Shown piece by piece: positions 50,497 through 61,551 of a DNA stretch of 64,000 bases. The notes below the pieces were generated by a model. The model was not told the DNA's origin. It ran no database searches and saw only the letters and a list, made by a program, of their open reading frames with translations. The position numbers were made by a program, and so were the translations under genes. The DNA is from an uncultured bacterium. GTDB lineage: Bacteria > Chlamydiota > Chlamydiia > Chlamydiales > SM23-39. The number at the start of each line of letters is the position of its first letter. The first letter of the stretch is position 1. Location: assembly GCA_963716985.1 (NCBI GenBank), contig OY970323.1:1457942-1521941 (forward strand). Direction: 5' to 3'.

Positions 50497-52251
50497 GCAA
50501 GTGCTCATAAAACTGAGGTAAAAAACTTTAAGTTTCTTTGAGCCGCGAGGGAGCTCGCGACACGATTACTTGCGACAACCTGGGAATTTTACACAACCCG
50601 TTGATTCTGTCTTCAAGATATCCGAAAAAAGTGATTCCAAGCTTACAGCAAGTCTTTTTTAGGCTTACAAAAGTATCTCGACATTTTTGACCTTCTTCAC
50701 TACGAGTCCCTCCGGATACTTTCCGCTTAACCACCATCTCTCGAGCATCGGTTTCGGTTCCATTATTGTGAAGGGGGGTGTCTGGTTTCTCTAATACCCT
50801 GAGCAATTCGTCCTTTTTTTCATAAGTTTTTGCCAGCTGTTTGTTTAGGGTGGGACTGATGGTTTTCTTTTTTGAGAATAAATTGTCAAAATTCTGCTCG
50901 AGAATCAATTTTAGGCTTTCAGAGGGCGCGAGTTTGTATTCCTGCAGCCCCTTGTATAAATCCCAAATTTCTCCCCGGACTTGCTCGATTGCTTTGCGTG
51001 TTGCTTCGTCAAAGGGAATGAGTTTTCGATAATGCCTCTCCTCATGGATCCAACATAAAGATCGAACGAAGACATTGAATTGCCCTGCATCATCTCCATG
51101 CACTCCAAGATCTCTTGGTATGCCATTTTCTATCAGGCTCGCGAATAGGGCGGCCTCGGTTACAAGTTTTATGTCGCTTTCTGACTTGATGTTTATTGCG
51201 AGTAAAAATTTCTCCCATTCTATTTGATTCATGGATCGATATCGGGCCTGCAAAAGGAGGTATCCTCCTAACCAACTCGAGGGTTTTAGGGTCTCAATGT
51301 AGTCTGCAGTGTCTTCATTGATAAGATATCGAGGAGCCGTCCCATGCAATATCTTGAGAAAATTTATGCGACTTTTGCTTTCTGTCGACACAATGTAGGT
51401 AAAATATTCGTTCCCTATGATCGTCGAGTAGCCATTATGCCCTCGGTGGCGAGCGCCGGTGTCGTCTACTTTTACTTGTCCTGTAGCTGCTATCCCCGCG
51501 GACAATAGCTCGTTCTTTTCCTGATGGAAGGCTTCCTTTCCTTGGATCAAAATATTGCTCAACTGTCCTTCGGAGATCAATACGCCAATTTCTTTCAACT
51601 GTGCAAACAGCAGAGGTTCTGTAATACGACAGCCATAATATTGGTGCAAAACGTAGCTGATCAATTGAGGGCCATAATGTCCCTGGATATTTTGCGGCAA
51701 TTTACCTGTTAAGTAAGTGCCATCAGGCAATTGCCATCGCTCGAGTTCGTATATGGTATTGTAAGGCTGAAGAATGATGTCCTGTACGGTAAATTTCTGA
51801 CATCCTTTGAAGGTAGCTCCTTCGGGAACTGATTCGGGCTTAATGCGACTTCTGGTATGTATCTCAAGTTTTTTGGTTTTTTTACGTCGAGGATGCATCC
51901 CCCTGGAGAGTTTATTTTTGTCGTTTTGCTTATCTTTGCTTTGTTGCCCCTCTAAAGTGCTGGGAGGAATCTTTGGACGGGGCTTTTGTCCCTTGAGAAT
52001 TGCAATCTCATCTTTTAGTCGTTGGATTTCTTCGTGCTGAAATGAAATGGTGTTCAAAGCAATGTCGAGGCGATCTCTTAGGCGTCGATCTTCTTCAGCG
52101 AGCTGGGTATTTTGCTCTAAAATTCGTTGAATGAGGTCATTGTTATTCTGCATAAGCAAGTAAATTTACGATGACGAACGATTAAAGAAAAGATTTATAT
52201 TTTTTTAGGATCTAAGAATGAGGTATTTACCTCAACTTTTTGAGCACTTGC
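50497..52251 (-). mobile_element. IS66-family IS, copy 2, 1755 bp
   Basis: Same TIRs and length as copy 1. 8-bp TSD AAAAAGCA at 50489-50496 and 52252-52259. Confidence 0.93.
50528..52159 (-). CDS. IS66-family transposase, same translation as 15279-16910
   Basis: ORF track translation identical; constant offset 35249. Confidence 0.9.
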   Translation of the reverse strand: MLMQNNNDLIQRILEQNTQLAEEDRRLRDRLDIALNTISFQHEEIQRLKDEIAILKGQKPRPKIPPSTLEGQQSKDKQNDKNKLSRGMHPRRKKTKKLEIHTRSRIKPESVPEGATFKGCQKFTVQDIILQPYNTIYELERWQLPDGTYLTGKLPQNIQGHYGPQLISYVLHQYYGCRITEPLLFAQLKEIGVLISEGQLSNILIQGKEAFHQEKNELLSAGIAATGQVKVDDTGARHRGHNGYSTIIGNEYFTYIVSTESKSRINFLKILHGTAPRYLINEDTADYIETLKPSSWLGGYLLLQARYRSMNQIEWEKFLLAINIKSESDIKLVTEAALFASLIENGIPRDLGVHGDDAGQFNVFVRSLCWIHEERHYRKLIPFDEATRKAIEQVRGEIWDLYKGLQEYKLAPSESLKLILEQNFDNLFSKKKTISPTLNKQLAKTYEKKDELLRVLEKPDTPLHNNGTETDAREMVVKRKVSGGTRSEEGQKCRDTFVSLKKTCCKLGITFFGYLEDRINGLCKIPRLSQVIVSRAPSRLKET

Positions 52252-52611
52252 AAAAAGCAGACAAACATTAAACATTCTTGTCTAGCAAATCTTCTTGTAC
52301 ATTAGCCGAGGCATCTTATGAAAAACAGAAACTAAATAATCAGCTCTGAGAATGTCTATGGAGGAAAATTTTTGATCCCAATCATACTCAAAAAAGAATT
52401 CCTCCACCGAATTTTCTGACCCGAAAAAAGATCTAGCGAGAATGAAAAAAACAGCAAAATCGCAATTTAATGAAATTTTTAATATACTAACCACATTAAT
52501 AAAAACATATTTATTTGTTAATATAAATGTATTTCATTGATTTTTAACATCTATTGTTATAAGCTTTATACAGACAAACAAGATATCAAAAAAACACTAC
52601 AAGAAAACAAC

Positions 52612-53538
52612 ATGATTCATTTATTCGGCCGCTCGCGCCAACCCGCTTCTTTCTTTCCTGCTTGGGTTTCACCTTTTAAGGCGTGCTCGATCGTCAACAG
52701 ATCCGCTCGAACCATTTTTTCAGGAATTGGCCACCTCTTCCAACTCTCCTCCAAGGGAGTCTTTAAAATCCTGAAAGACTGCGTTCATCGCCCCAGTGGT
52801 TTTTTTTATACCCTCGTAAAAATCGCCGCCGGTTCCTGGCTTTGCCACTTATGCGTTACCAGTCCACAATTCCACGAACTGAATCTTGGGGCCCAAACGG
52901 GAATGTTTATCGCCGGATGGATCTCCTATCTTGTCATCGACGCCGTTCTCCATTGGTCAAAAGATACTTTGGGCATTAAAAACCTTCTGCAAAGCGAAAA
53001 AAAACCTCTGACAAGGGCCTTTCTTTCCCTTGCGGCGAACGGCTCTATCATGTACGCCCTACAGATGCCGGGGGGAAATTATGCTTCGATGCTCTTTCAA
53101 GGGATCTATACCTATCTACAGACGGCCAACCTTTCCGAAACCTTCATGCAAATGATCGACAAAGCAAGATCGACCAACGACATGTTAACGCCCATTACCA
53201 CACTGCTGCACCACCCATTAACGTTTTTCTGCACGCTTGGCAATTTTATGAAAGATACGATCATCAATCCTAAGAGAGCGGCTCTCAATTTCCATCAAGG
53301 ATTAAGCGCGCTTTTTGAAAAATTCATCAATGCCTACAAAGATAGAAATTGGCGGGAACTCTTGGCAAGGGCCATGGCCATTCTCCTGCCCACCATTCTG
53401 GCGGCTTCCATCATCCTTTCGATGGCGCTCACCGCAGGCATCTCGACCGCAATGATTATTGTAGCCGCTACTTTGGGCCTTTTATGCGCCTATATTTTAA
53501 CGCAAGCGTGTAACGAACATTGGCCGCGGGATGATTAA
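52612..53538 (+). CDS. Hypothetical membrane protein with a long C-terminal hydrophobic hairpin (Inc-like candidate)
   Basis: About 50-aa uncharged stretch AMAILLPTILAAS...GLLCAYILTQA. Start uncertain (52537 or 52612). Confidence 0.6.
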   Translation: MIHLFGRSRQPASFFPAWVSPFKACSIVNRSARTIFSGIGHLFQLSSKGVFKILKDCVHRPSGFFYTLVKIAAGSWLCHLCVTSPQFHELNLGAQTGMFIAGWISYLVIDAVLHWSKDTLGIKNLLQSEKKPLTRAFLSLAANGSIMYALQMPGGNYASMLFQGIYTYLQTANLSETFMQMIDKARSTNDMLTPITTLLHHPLTFFCTLGNFMKDTIINPKRAALNFHQGLSALFEKFINAYKDRNWRELLARAMAILLPTILAASIILSMALTAGISTAMIIVAATLGLLCAYILTQACNEHWPRDD

Positions 53539-55322
53539 GTTTTCTCTCCCACGCATTCTTTGTAGCTAGCATCTGCTTTATAAACGAGTCCCTTTTCCGG
53601 ATCCAGAATCACAAACTCTTTCTCTTTGAGAAGGCTCATCGCATGGTCCGCGCGTACGATCAGGGAAATATGCAAACTTTTCGCCGCTGCAAGGGCATAT
53701 TTTTCCGAAGAGGTATCTCCCATATGGTTCTGTAAGATCACGCCGCTTGCGCTGCACATTAAGGGAACATAACTTTCATCGCATCGGGGAATGACGAGTA
53801 TTTTCCCACTGACGTTTTTCACGCTTTTCTTTTCTGCAAATCCACACATGGCCACTCTTCCCTTCACAGGAGTGCCCACTCCCAAGTAGCCGCGCACGAG
53901 AACATGCCCAATGCTCTCCACCATCATCAAATTCGTCGATCCTTTTTTATTAAAAGGAACGCCTGCGGTCATCACCACGAGATCGCCAAAAGAGACCAAT
54001 CCTTTTTGCAAAGCAAACTGGCTCATCAAAGCAAACGCCTCATCGGCATTCTTGCATTTTTTAGAGAGAAGAGAGCTCACTCCCCATAAATAGGAAAGCT
54101 GATGGTAGATCTTTGCGCTCGTCGTGAGCGCGATGATGGGAACTTGCGGGCGGAAACGAGAAACAAGCCGGGCAGTAAAGCCGCTATGGGTAAAAACAAA
54201 GATCGCTTTTGCCCGCGAGCTATAGGCCGTTTTTACCGCAGCGATCGCAACGGAGGAAGAGACGTCATAATAATCTCCTTTCGCTTCCCTTTCAAAAAAG
54301 GAGAGGTAGTCGAAATCCCCTTCCGTTTCCTGAATGATTTTTCGCATCTGAAGAACGGACTCAACAGGATATTTGCCCACCGAAGTTTCCGCAGAAAGCA
54401 TGACCGAAGAGGCGCTATCGTAGATCGCATTGGCAACATCGGAAGCTTCGGCGCGGGTGGGCCTTGGATTTTGAATCATCGATTCGAGCATCTGGGTAGC
54501 GATCACTACGGGCTTGCAGCCCATCGTACTCTTTCGAATCATCATCTTTTGAAGTTTCGGAACAAGGCTCAAATCAATCTCCACGCCAAGATCCCCTCGG
54601 GCCACCATGATCCCATCCGCCACCTCGACAATGGAATCAAAATTTTTGATTCCTTCTTTATTTTCGATTTTGGCAATCACGGGAATTTCGTAAGAACACT
54701 CCTTTTCGAGAAAATTTTTAATCATCAGAACATGTTCTGCCGAACGCACGAAAGACGCGGCCACTAAGTCAATGCCGTGTTTACATCCAAATTTAAGATC
54801 TTCCATGTCTTTTTCCGACAGGGCCGGCAGATTCAAAATAGCATCGGGAATATTGACCTTTTTTCCGCTTTTGAGCGCTCCCGGATTTTTGATTTCGACA
54901 ACAACGCCCCTCTTTGTTTTTTCAACGACGTGCGATTGAATATATCCATCGTCAAACAGAATGTTCATCCCTTCTTCCACACAGGATAAAACGGAAAAGG
55001 GGTCGATCATCGCCTCATCTGCTTTTCCCGAAAACTTCTCCACAAGAATCAAGCGATCCTTTGGCTTTAGTCGAATCAAATCCTTCTTCACCTTACGGAT
55101 GCGAATTTCAGGACCCTTTGTATCCAAAAGAATGGCCACGGGCTTTTTGTTCTTTTCACGTGCCTTCTTGAGCCTGTTGATGATCTGCAGATGCCAATCA
55201 TAACTCCCATGGCTAAAGTTCAATCGAGCCACATTCATTCCCGCGTCAATCAACGCGATCATCTTCTCCTTGCTGCTGGTCTGAGGGCCCATCGTGCAAA
55301 TGATCTTTGTGCGTAAAAACAT
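53535..55322 (-). CDS. pyk: Pyruvate kinase with C-terminal PEP-utilising swivel-like extension
   Basis: RTKIICTMGP, ARLNFSHG, DTKGPEIR, IAKIEN, MVARGDLG, ATQMLESM. Start moved to 55322. Confidence 0.96.
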   Translation of the reverse strand: MFLRTKIICTMGPQTSSKEKMIALIDAGMNVARLNFSHGSYDWHLQIINRLKKAREKNKKPVAILLDTKGPEIRIRKVKKDLIRLKPKDRLILVEKFSGKADEAMIDPFSVLSCVEEGMNILFDDGYIQSHVVEKTKRGVVVEIKNPGALKSGKKVNIPDAILNLPALSEKDMEDLKFGCKHGIDLVAASFVRSAEHVLMIKNFLEKECSYEIPVIAKIENKEGIKNFDSIVEVADGIMVARGDLGVEIDLSLVPKLQKMMIRKSTMGCKPVVIATQMLESMIQNPRPTRAEASDVANAIYDSASSVMLSAETSVGKYPVESVLQMRKIIQETEGDFDYLSFFEREAKGDYYDVSSSVAIAAVKTAYSSRAKAIFVFTHSGFTARLVSRFRPQVPIIALTTSAKIYHQLSYLWGVSSLLSKKCKNADEAFALMSQFALQKGLVSFGDLVVMTAGVPFNKKGSTNLMMVESIGHVLVRGYLGVGTPVKGRVAMCGFAEKKSVKNVSGKILVIPRCDESYVPLMCSASGVILQNHMGDTSSEKYALAAAKSLHISLIVRADHAMSLLKEKEFVILDPEKGLVYKADASYKECVGEKT

Positions 55323-55456
55323 CCGGTCTTTCTCCTCTTTTTGGCCTTGGATAAGAACATCCTCTTTAAGGAATATTTTATTGTATATCACCTCAGGAGA
55401 TTTTTTTTTAAAAATTCTCTCTCATTTTCTTTTTTACGTCAGATCGGGGAAGAAAA

Positions 55457-55486
55457 TTGATGAGAAATCGCCCGTAGGAATATGAT
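55457..55486 (+). promoter_or_regulatory. Possible sigma66/70 promoter of uvrA
   Basis: TTGATG-18 nt-TATGAT. Confidence 0.45.
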
Positions 55487-55513
55487 AGTTGTGAAATCAA
55501 ACATTTTCTTTTT

Positions 55514-58500
55514 GTGTCCCGGCAGCCCATCATTTTAAAAAAAGTAAAAGTTCACAACCTCAAAGAGGTGTCGCTTCAATTAGATTCCAGAAAGCTCATC
55601 GTCTTCACGGGAGTCTCCGGATCGGGAAAATCTTCTTTGGCATTCGACACCATCTTTGTTGAAGGGCAAAGACGCTATATCGAATCTCTCTCCCACCATG
55701 CACGCCGCTTCTTAAAAGAAATGAACAAGCCCGATGCCGAGCTCATCTCCGGCCTTTCCCCTACCCTTGCCATCGAACAAAAGGGCATACAGAAAAATCC
55801 AAGGTCCACAGTGGGCACAATTACGACGATCTATGATTATCTCCGCGTTCTTTATGCCAGAATCGGCACTCCCCACTGTCCGATAAGCGGAGAGGTGGTC
55901 ATGCCGCAAAGCCGGGAGAAGATCTTGCAAAAGATCGAAAAAAACTTTTGGCATAAAAAAATCTATCTCCTCTGCCCGCTTGCGCGAAAAAAAAAGGGCT
56001 CCTTTCAAGACGAGTTTGCCGATCTCATCAAACGCGGCTTTACCCGAGTAAGAATCGACGGATCGCTCGCCGATCTTACGGAAAAAATAGAGCTCAATAA
56101 AAGCTTTTTTCACGACATCGATCTTGTCATCGACCGACTCTACATCGAGGAGAGTTCGAAAAGCCGGTTTGCAGAATCCACCTTTCTTGCTCTCGAAATG
56201 GGGGGCGGCTCCCTCTCTGTTCTCGATATTGAAAAAGAAGAGGAGGTCTCTTTTTCCGAGCATGCTTTTTCGCAAAAATCCCAACTCTCCTATGGACCAT
56301 TAGAGCCACAAAATTTTTCCTTCAACCATCCCTTTGGCGCTTGCACGAACTGCCAGGGTCTTGGAGAAACCTATGAATTTATCTTAGAAAAAATCATCGA
56401 CCCCAACCTGAGCATTGCCCAAGATTGCTGCATCATCGCCAGCCCCTATCAAACGGTTCGTTTCGGAAACATCTATCGCAACTTAGGGCAGCTTTATGAT
56501 TTCGACGTCCATACACCCTGGAAAAATCTCTCGGAAGAGGCAAAAAAGGTATTCCTTTATGGCACGGGAAAAAAATGGACCCGGATGATCTTCATCCATC
56601 CGGTGACAAAAAAACGGTGGCACCAGTTTGTCTCTTGGAAGGGAGTGGTCCACGAAGCATTGCTCCGTTTTTCAGAAGCGAAAAGCGAACTATTTCGAAA
56701 AAGGATGCAAGAATTCATGGGCCATGGCCTTTGCCCCTCATGCAAAGGAAGCCGTTTAGAGACCTATCCTTCGGCAACGACAATCGGAGGGAAAAAGATC
56801 CATGAGATCACCGCTCTTTCTTTGGAAGAGGCAAAGCAATTCTTCGAAAATCTTTTCCTAGACGAGGAAGAAACAATCATCGCAGGCGATCTGATTCGAG
56901 AAATACAAAAAAGAATTGCGCTTCTCATCGATGTCGGTCTCTCCTACCTTTCTTTAGACCGCTCTTCCCTCTCTTTGAGCGGAGGAGAGGCGCAGAGAGT
57001 CAAGCTCTCGGCACAGATTGGATCGGGCCTGATCGGGACTACCTATGTTTTGGACGAGCCCTCCATCGGGCTTCATCCTGCCGACCACCATCAATTAATC
57101 CAGACACTCTTCACCATGAGAGACAAGGGAAATACCATCCTTGTCGTCGAACATGATCGCGAAACGATCGAAAGCGCCGATATCATTGTAGACGTAGGGC
57201 CGCTGGCGGGTAAAAATGGAGGAGAGATCCTCTCCTGCGGATCTCTTCAAGAATTGATCGAAAATCCCCGATCATTAACGGGCGCCTACCTTTCCGGAAA
57301 AAAGAAGTTCACTCCCCCCAAAAAGAGAAAAAAGCCTCCGAAAGAAGCCCTTTGTCTTTATGGGGCCTCCCTTCATAATCTAAAAAACGTAAATATTCGT
57401 ATACCCTTGCAACTCTTCACCTGCGTCACAGGCGTGTCCGGCTCCGGGAAATCCTCCCTCATCTCCGACACCCTTTTTCCCGCTCTTGCAAACCGACTCC
57501 ATCAGAGCCATCTTCCTTGCGGGAATTTTCAAAAAATCGAAGGACTCGAGCAGATTGAAAAAGTCATCTTCGTCGATCAATCTCCGATTGGGAAAAACAT
57601 TCGGTCCAATCCCGCAACCTATATCAAACTATTCGATGAGATCCGCGATCTTTTTTCCTCTCTTCCCTCAAGTCAAATCCACGGTTTTGGGGCCGGTCAT
57701 TTCAGTTTCAACATTCTCGAAGGATCCTGCCCCTATTGCAAAGGGCTTGGGGCTGTCAAAATCGATATGGACTTCATGGAAGATGTCCTTTCCGAATGCA
57801 TCCAGTGCAAAGGGAAACGCTTCGAAAAAGAGATCCTTTCGGTCGAATATAAGGGCAAAAACATCTTCGACATACTCGAGATGGAGGTCGATACCGCCTT
57901 GGAGTTTTTCGAAGCGATACCCGGCATTCGAAAAAAGCTATCGCTTCTTCAAGAGGTGGGGCTCGGATATCTGCGCTTGAGCCAAAGCTCTCCCACTCTC
58001 TCCGGCGGCGAGGCGCAGCGCATCAAACTGGCCAAAGAACTCTCTCGTCCTTCCCACGGAAAAACCCTCTATATCTTTGACGAGCCCACAACAGGCCTGC
58101 ATTTCTATGATATGGAAAAACTCCTTTCGATCTTTCAAAAGCTTCAGGAAAAGGGAAATACCATTCTCGTCGTCGAGCACAACATGGAACTGGTCCAGAT
58201 GGCCGATTGGATCATTGAAATGGGGCCCGGCGCGAGCCGCTTGGGAGGATCCGTCATCTTTGAAGGAAATCCCGAGAAGCTCGCGCAAACAGACACGCCG
58301 ACCGGGAAAGCCCTTGCCCGCCTCTTCCAAAACAAGAAATTTCAAAAGCCGCCACAAGAAAAACCGGCACTTCCTATCGAGAATATTTCCATTGTCCATG
58401 CACAAACCAACAATCTGCAGCAGATCAATCTTGAAATTCCCCATAACAAAATGACCGTGATCACGGGCCCTTCCGGCTGCGGAAAAAGCTCTTTGGCATT

Positions 58501-61159
58501 TGATACAATTTATGCCGAAGGGCAAAGACGCTACATCGAGGCGCTGCCTCTCTATATCAGACAATCTGTCAAACAGATGCAGAAGCCAAAAGTAGAAAAA
58601 ATCGAAGGGCTCACCCCTTGTATCGCCATTGAACAGAAAAGCCATGGGATCAACCCAAGAAGCACGGCGGGAACATTAACGGAAACCTACGATCTTTTGC
58701 GCCTTCTCTTTGCCCATTTAGGGATCGCTTTTTGTCCCGAGACCAAAGAAAAGATCCAAACAATCTCGAAAGAATTTGTCGCTAAAAAAATTCTCGCCTT
58801 CCCGCTAAAGACAAAGATCCAAATACTCGCCCCTTTAAAAATTTCTAGAGAAGAGAGTTTTGAAGAGTTTCAAGAACGTTTGAAAAAAGAGGGTTTTGTA
58901 CGCGTTCGTTTGAACAAGACCTACTTTGAGCTCGACGACAAAATCCCCTACCAAAAAAATCTCAAAAATGAACTCTTTCTCGTCATTGACCGACTCATCG
59001 TCCAGGAAAAAATCGAAGCAAGAGTTCTTGAAGCGCTCCAGATGGCCGTAAAGATTTCGGGAGGAACTCTTTTAATCGACCATGAGGGCGAAGACCTCTT
59101 TTTCAACCTCTCCTTTGCTGTGGAAAGCACGGGAAAATCCTATCCTTTAATCACCTCGCAAACCTTCTCTTTCAATTCTGAGCAGGGAATGTGCACGGAG
59201 TGTCAAGGCATCGGAACCATCTATGGGAGCATACTTGCCGCGTCCGAAGAATTCACAAGCCTTTCTCTCGATGAGATTTTCGCCACATTCTTTGATTTGC
59301 CGCCACTGGCGCAAAAACTTGCAAAAGAATATTTTTCCGCTTTTAAGATCGATCTTTTCACTCCTTTGTCACAGCTTCCCTCTGAAAAAGTGCAGATCAT
59401 TCTCAACGGATCTTTTGCGGATTATCCCTACAAAAAGCAGAACATTCAATTTCGCTGGCAAGGTCTTGAGGTCATACTGTCCCACATGGCCAAACATGGA
59501 AAGAAAATCTATCGAGAAGCGCTTGTGCCGCTTATGACGGAAAAAACATGTCCCGTCTGCGAGGGAGCTCGCCTGAACCCCTTGGCATGTAACGTCCTGA
59601 TCGAAAATTTTTCCCTCCCCGATCTTTGTTCCCTTTCGATTCAAGAAACTCTTCTCTTTTTTCAAAAACTCTCCCTCCCAAAAGAGAAGGCCTACCTGCA
59701 TGAAACCCTGCAACAGCTCATCTTGCATCTGGAATTTCTCTCTGACATTGGTCTTGACTATCTTTCTTTGAACCGATCGGCCCCTTCCTTGAGCGGCGGA
59801 GAGCTGCAGCGCATCCATATTGCAAGACAGCTCTCTTCCGGCCTGACCTCTTGCACCTACATTCTCGATGAACCGACCAGAGGCCTCCATCCGGCCGATA
59901 ATAGCCTCCTTAATCAGGCGTTGAAAAAACTTAAAAACCTTGAAAACACCATCCTTCTTGTCGAACATGACCCTCTCACGGTTCAAGAAGCAGATCGAAT
60001 CGTCGACCTTGGGCCCTATGCCGGAAAAGAGGGGGGAAAAATCATGGCGATCGGATCTTTAGAAGAAATCAAAAAAGATCCGCACTCTTTGACGGGCGCC
60101 TATCTTTCCGGAAGAAAAAAAATTCCTCTGCCAAAACAAAGAAGAAAGGCCACTTCCTTCATCGAAATCAAACGCGCCACCCTCCATAATCTGAAGAACA
60201 TCTCCCTTTCCCTCCCCAAAGGAGTGATCACCTGCATCACCGGAGTTTCGGGCTGCGGAAAGTCCACGCTAATCGAAGACATCTTAAAAAAATCTGCGCT
60301 CGAATCTCTGCAAAAGAAAACCGACTCTCTCTCCTATGCTTATGCAGAGATTTCAGGCCTTTCTTCTTTCGACAGCGTGATTTCTCTCGATCAAACGTCG
60401 AGCCACCTTTCCGTCCGCTCCGACGTCGCCTCTTTTAGCGAAATACTCCCTCTCATCCGCTCCCACTATGCCTCATTAAAACTTGCTCAGGCCAAAGGAT
60501 TAAAACCCGGCCATTTCAGTTATAACCATCCTCGAGGCGCTTGCAGGGCTTGTTTTGGACTGGGGGTTAAAACCACCCATCTGCAATTTTTACCGCCCGT
60601 GCAAACCACTTGCGAGCTTTGCCATGGATATAAACTCAACCCCTTAAGCCTTGAAATAGAGTATCTCGGAAAACATTTGGGACAAGCGCTCGAAATGAGC
60701 GTTGCTACAGCGGCAGAATTTTTCTCAAAAATTCCCCGTATTTTTAAAAGAATCAACATTCTTTTATCCACAGGACTTGGCTATCTAAAGCTCGGTCAAG
60801 AGCTCCCCTCCCTTTCCGGAGGAGAGGTCCAGCGATTGCGCCTGGCCCGCGAGCTCATGAAATCGACCAAAGGCAAAGCCCTTTATCTCTTTGACGAGCC
60901 GACCATCGGTCTTCACAGTGAAGATATTTTGCACCTCCTTCCCATCTTCCATCGGTTGGCCGACAAGGGCCATACGGTGATCATCATCGAACACAACCTG
61001 GATATGATTGCCCAGGCAGACTTTGTAATCGACCTTGGCCCCAAGGGCGGTCTTCATGGAGGAGAAGTCGTAGCCATCGGCACTCCGGAAGAGCTCGCAC
61101 AAAGCCCAAATTCCAAAACGGGCCGATACTTAGCACCTCTCTTCTCCTTGCCAAAATAA
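55514..61159 (+). CDS. uvrA: Excinuclease ABC subunit A, chlamydial double-length form (1881 aa)
   Basis: Four GxSGxGKS Walker A motifs, four LSGGE signatures, zinc fingers. Confidence 0.96.
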   Translation: MSRQPIILKKVKVHNLKEVSLQLDSRKLIVFTGVSGSGKSSLAFDTIFVEGQRRYIESLSHHARRFLKEMNKPDAELISGLSPTLAIEQKGIQKNPRSTVGTITTIYDYLRVLYARIGTPHCPISGEVVMPQSREKILQKIEKNFWHKKIYLLCPLARKKKGSFQDEFADLIKRGFTRVRIDGSLADLTEKIELNKSFFHDIDLVIDRLYIEESSKSRFAESTFLALEMGGGSLSVLDIEKEEEVSFSEHAFSQKSQLSYGPLEPQNFSFNHPFGACTNCQGLGETYEFILEKIIDPNLSIAQDCCIIASPYQTVRFGNIYRNLGQLYDFDVHTPWKNLSEEAKKVFLYGTGKKWTRMIFIHPVTKKRWHQFVSWKGVVHEALLRFSEAKSELFRKRMQEFMGHGLCPSCKGSRLETYPSATTIGGKKIHEITALSLEEAKQFFENLFLDEEETIIAGDLIREIQKRIALLIDVGLSYLSLDRSSLSLSGGEAQRVKLSAQIGSGLIGTTYVLDEPSIGLHPADHHQLIQTLFTMRDKGNTILVVEHDRETIESADIIVDVGPLAGKNGGEILSCGSLQELIENPRSLTGAYLSGKKKFTPPKKRKKPPKEALCLYGASLHNLKNVNIRIPLQLFTCVTGVSGSGKSSLISDTLFPALANRLHQSHLPCGNFQKIEGLEQIEKVIFVDQSPIGKNIRSNPATYIKLFDEIRDLFSSLPSSQIHGFGAGHFSFNILEGSCPYCKGLGAVKIDMDFMEDVLSECIQCKGKRFEKEILSVEYKGKNIFDILEMEVDTALEFFEAIPGIRKKLSLLQEVGLGYLRLSQSSPTLSGGEAQRIKLAKELSRPSHGKTLYIFDEPTTGLHFYDMEKLLSIFQKLQEKGNTILVVEHNMELVQMADWIIEMGPGASRLGGSVIFEGNPEKLAQTDTPTGKALARLFQNKKFQKPPQEKPALPIENISIVHAQTNNLQQINLEIPHNKMTVITGPSGCGKSSLAFDTIYAEGQRRYIEALPLYIRQSVKQMQKPKVEKIEGLTPCIAIEQKSHGINPRSTAGTLTETYDLLRLLFAHLGIAFCPETKEKIQTISKEFVAKKILAFPLKTKIQILAPLKISREESFEEFQERLKKEGFVRVRLNKTYFELDDKIPYQKNLKNELFLVIDRLIVQEKIEARVLEALQMAVKISGGTLLIDHEGEDLFFNLSFAVESTGKSYPLITSQTFSFNSEQGMCTECQGIGTIYGSILAASEEFTSLSLDEIFATFFDLPPLAQKLAKEYFSAFKIDLFTPLSQLPSEKVQIILNGSFADYPYKKQNIQFRWQGLEVILSHMAKHGKKIYREALVPLMTEKTCPVCEGARLNPLACNVLIENFSLPDLCSLSIQETLLFFQKLSLPKEKAYLHETLQQLILHLEFLSDIGLDYLSLNRSAPSLSGGELQRIHIARQLSSGLTSCTYILDEPTRGLHPADNSLLNQALKKLKNLENTILLVEHDPLTVQEADRIVDLGPYAGKEGGKIMAIGSLEEIKKDPHSLTGAYLSGRKKIPLPKQRRKATSFIEIKRATLHNLKNISLSLPKGVITCITGVSGCGKSTLIEDILKKSALESLQKKTDSLSYAYAEISGLSSFDSVISLDQTSSHLSVRSDVASFSEILPLIRSHYASLKLAQAKGLKPGHFSYNHPRGACRACFGLGVKTTHLQFLPPVQTTCELCHGYKLNPLSLEIEYLGKHLGQALEMSVATAAEFFSKIPRIFKRINILLSTGLGYLKLGQELPSLSGGEVQRLRLARELMKSTKGKALYLFDEPTIGLHSEDILHLLPIFHRLADKGHTVIIIEHNLDMIAQADFVIDLGPKGGLHGGEVVAIGTPEELAQSPNSKTGRYLAPLFSLPK

Positions 61160-61195
61160 AAAATATTCTTACAATGGCAAAAAAGGAGTTTTTTT

Positions 61196-61510
61196 ATGAC
61201 GCCTCCCCTGCCCCAAAAAAAAGCCCGGGCCTATTCCCTTGCTTTTATGCTTCTCATTCTCGCCATCATTACCTATTGGAATGTTTGGTGGCCGGGCGTA
61301 CTTCTTGCCATCGGCCTTCCTTCCGCCTTAAAACAAGGCTTGATGAAGAAATACGCCGATATGAGCGTTTCTCTCATCGTCTTCGTCGGAAGCTTCATCG
61401 CGGTGCAGTTTGGCATGGGCGGAAAAATCATTGCCGCCATCCTGCTGTTTTCCGGCTCTCTTTACGTTTTTATTAAAGAGCTGATGGCAGAAAAGAAAAA
61501 AGAGCTTTAA
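61196..61510 (+). CDS. Small membrane protein, 104 aa
   Basis: GGAG RBS; four short hydrophobic segments; WWPGVLLAIG. Confidence 0.65.
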   Translation: MTPPLPQKKARAYSLAFMLLILAIITYWNVWWPGVLLAIGLPSALKQGLMKKYADMSVSLIVFVGSFIAVQFGMGGKIIAAILLFSGSLYVFIKELMAEKKKEL

Positions 61511-61551
61511 GACTTCCCAAAAAGAGAAGGTCGCAATCCCCCTCTCTTTTT

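Noticed and set aside
55514-61159. Double-length UvrA as a novel fusion
   Set aside because: Known feature of Chlamydiae.
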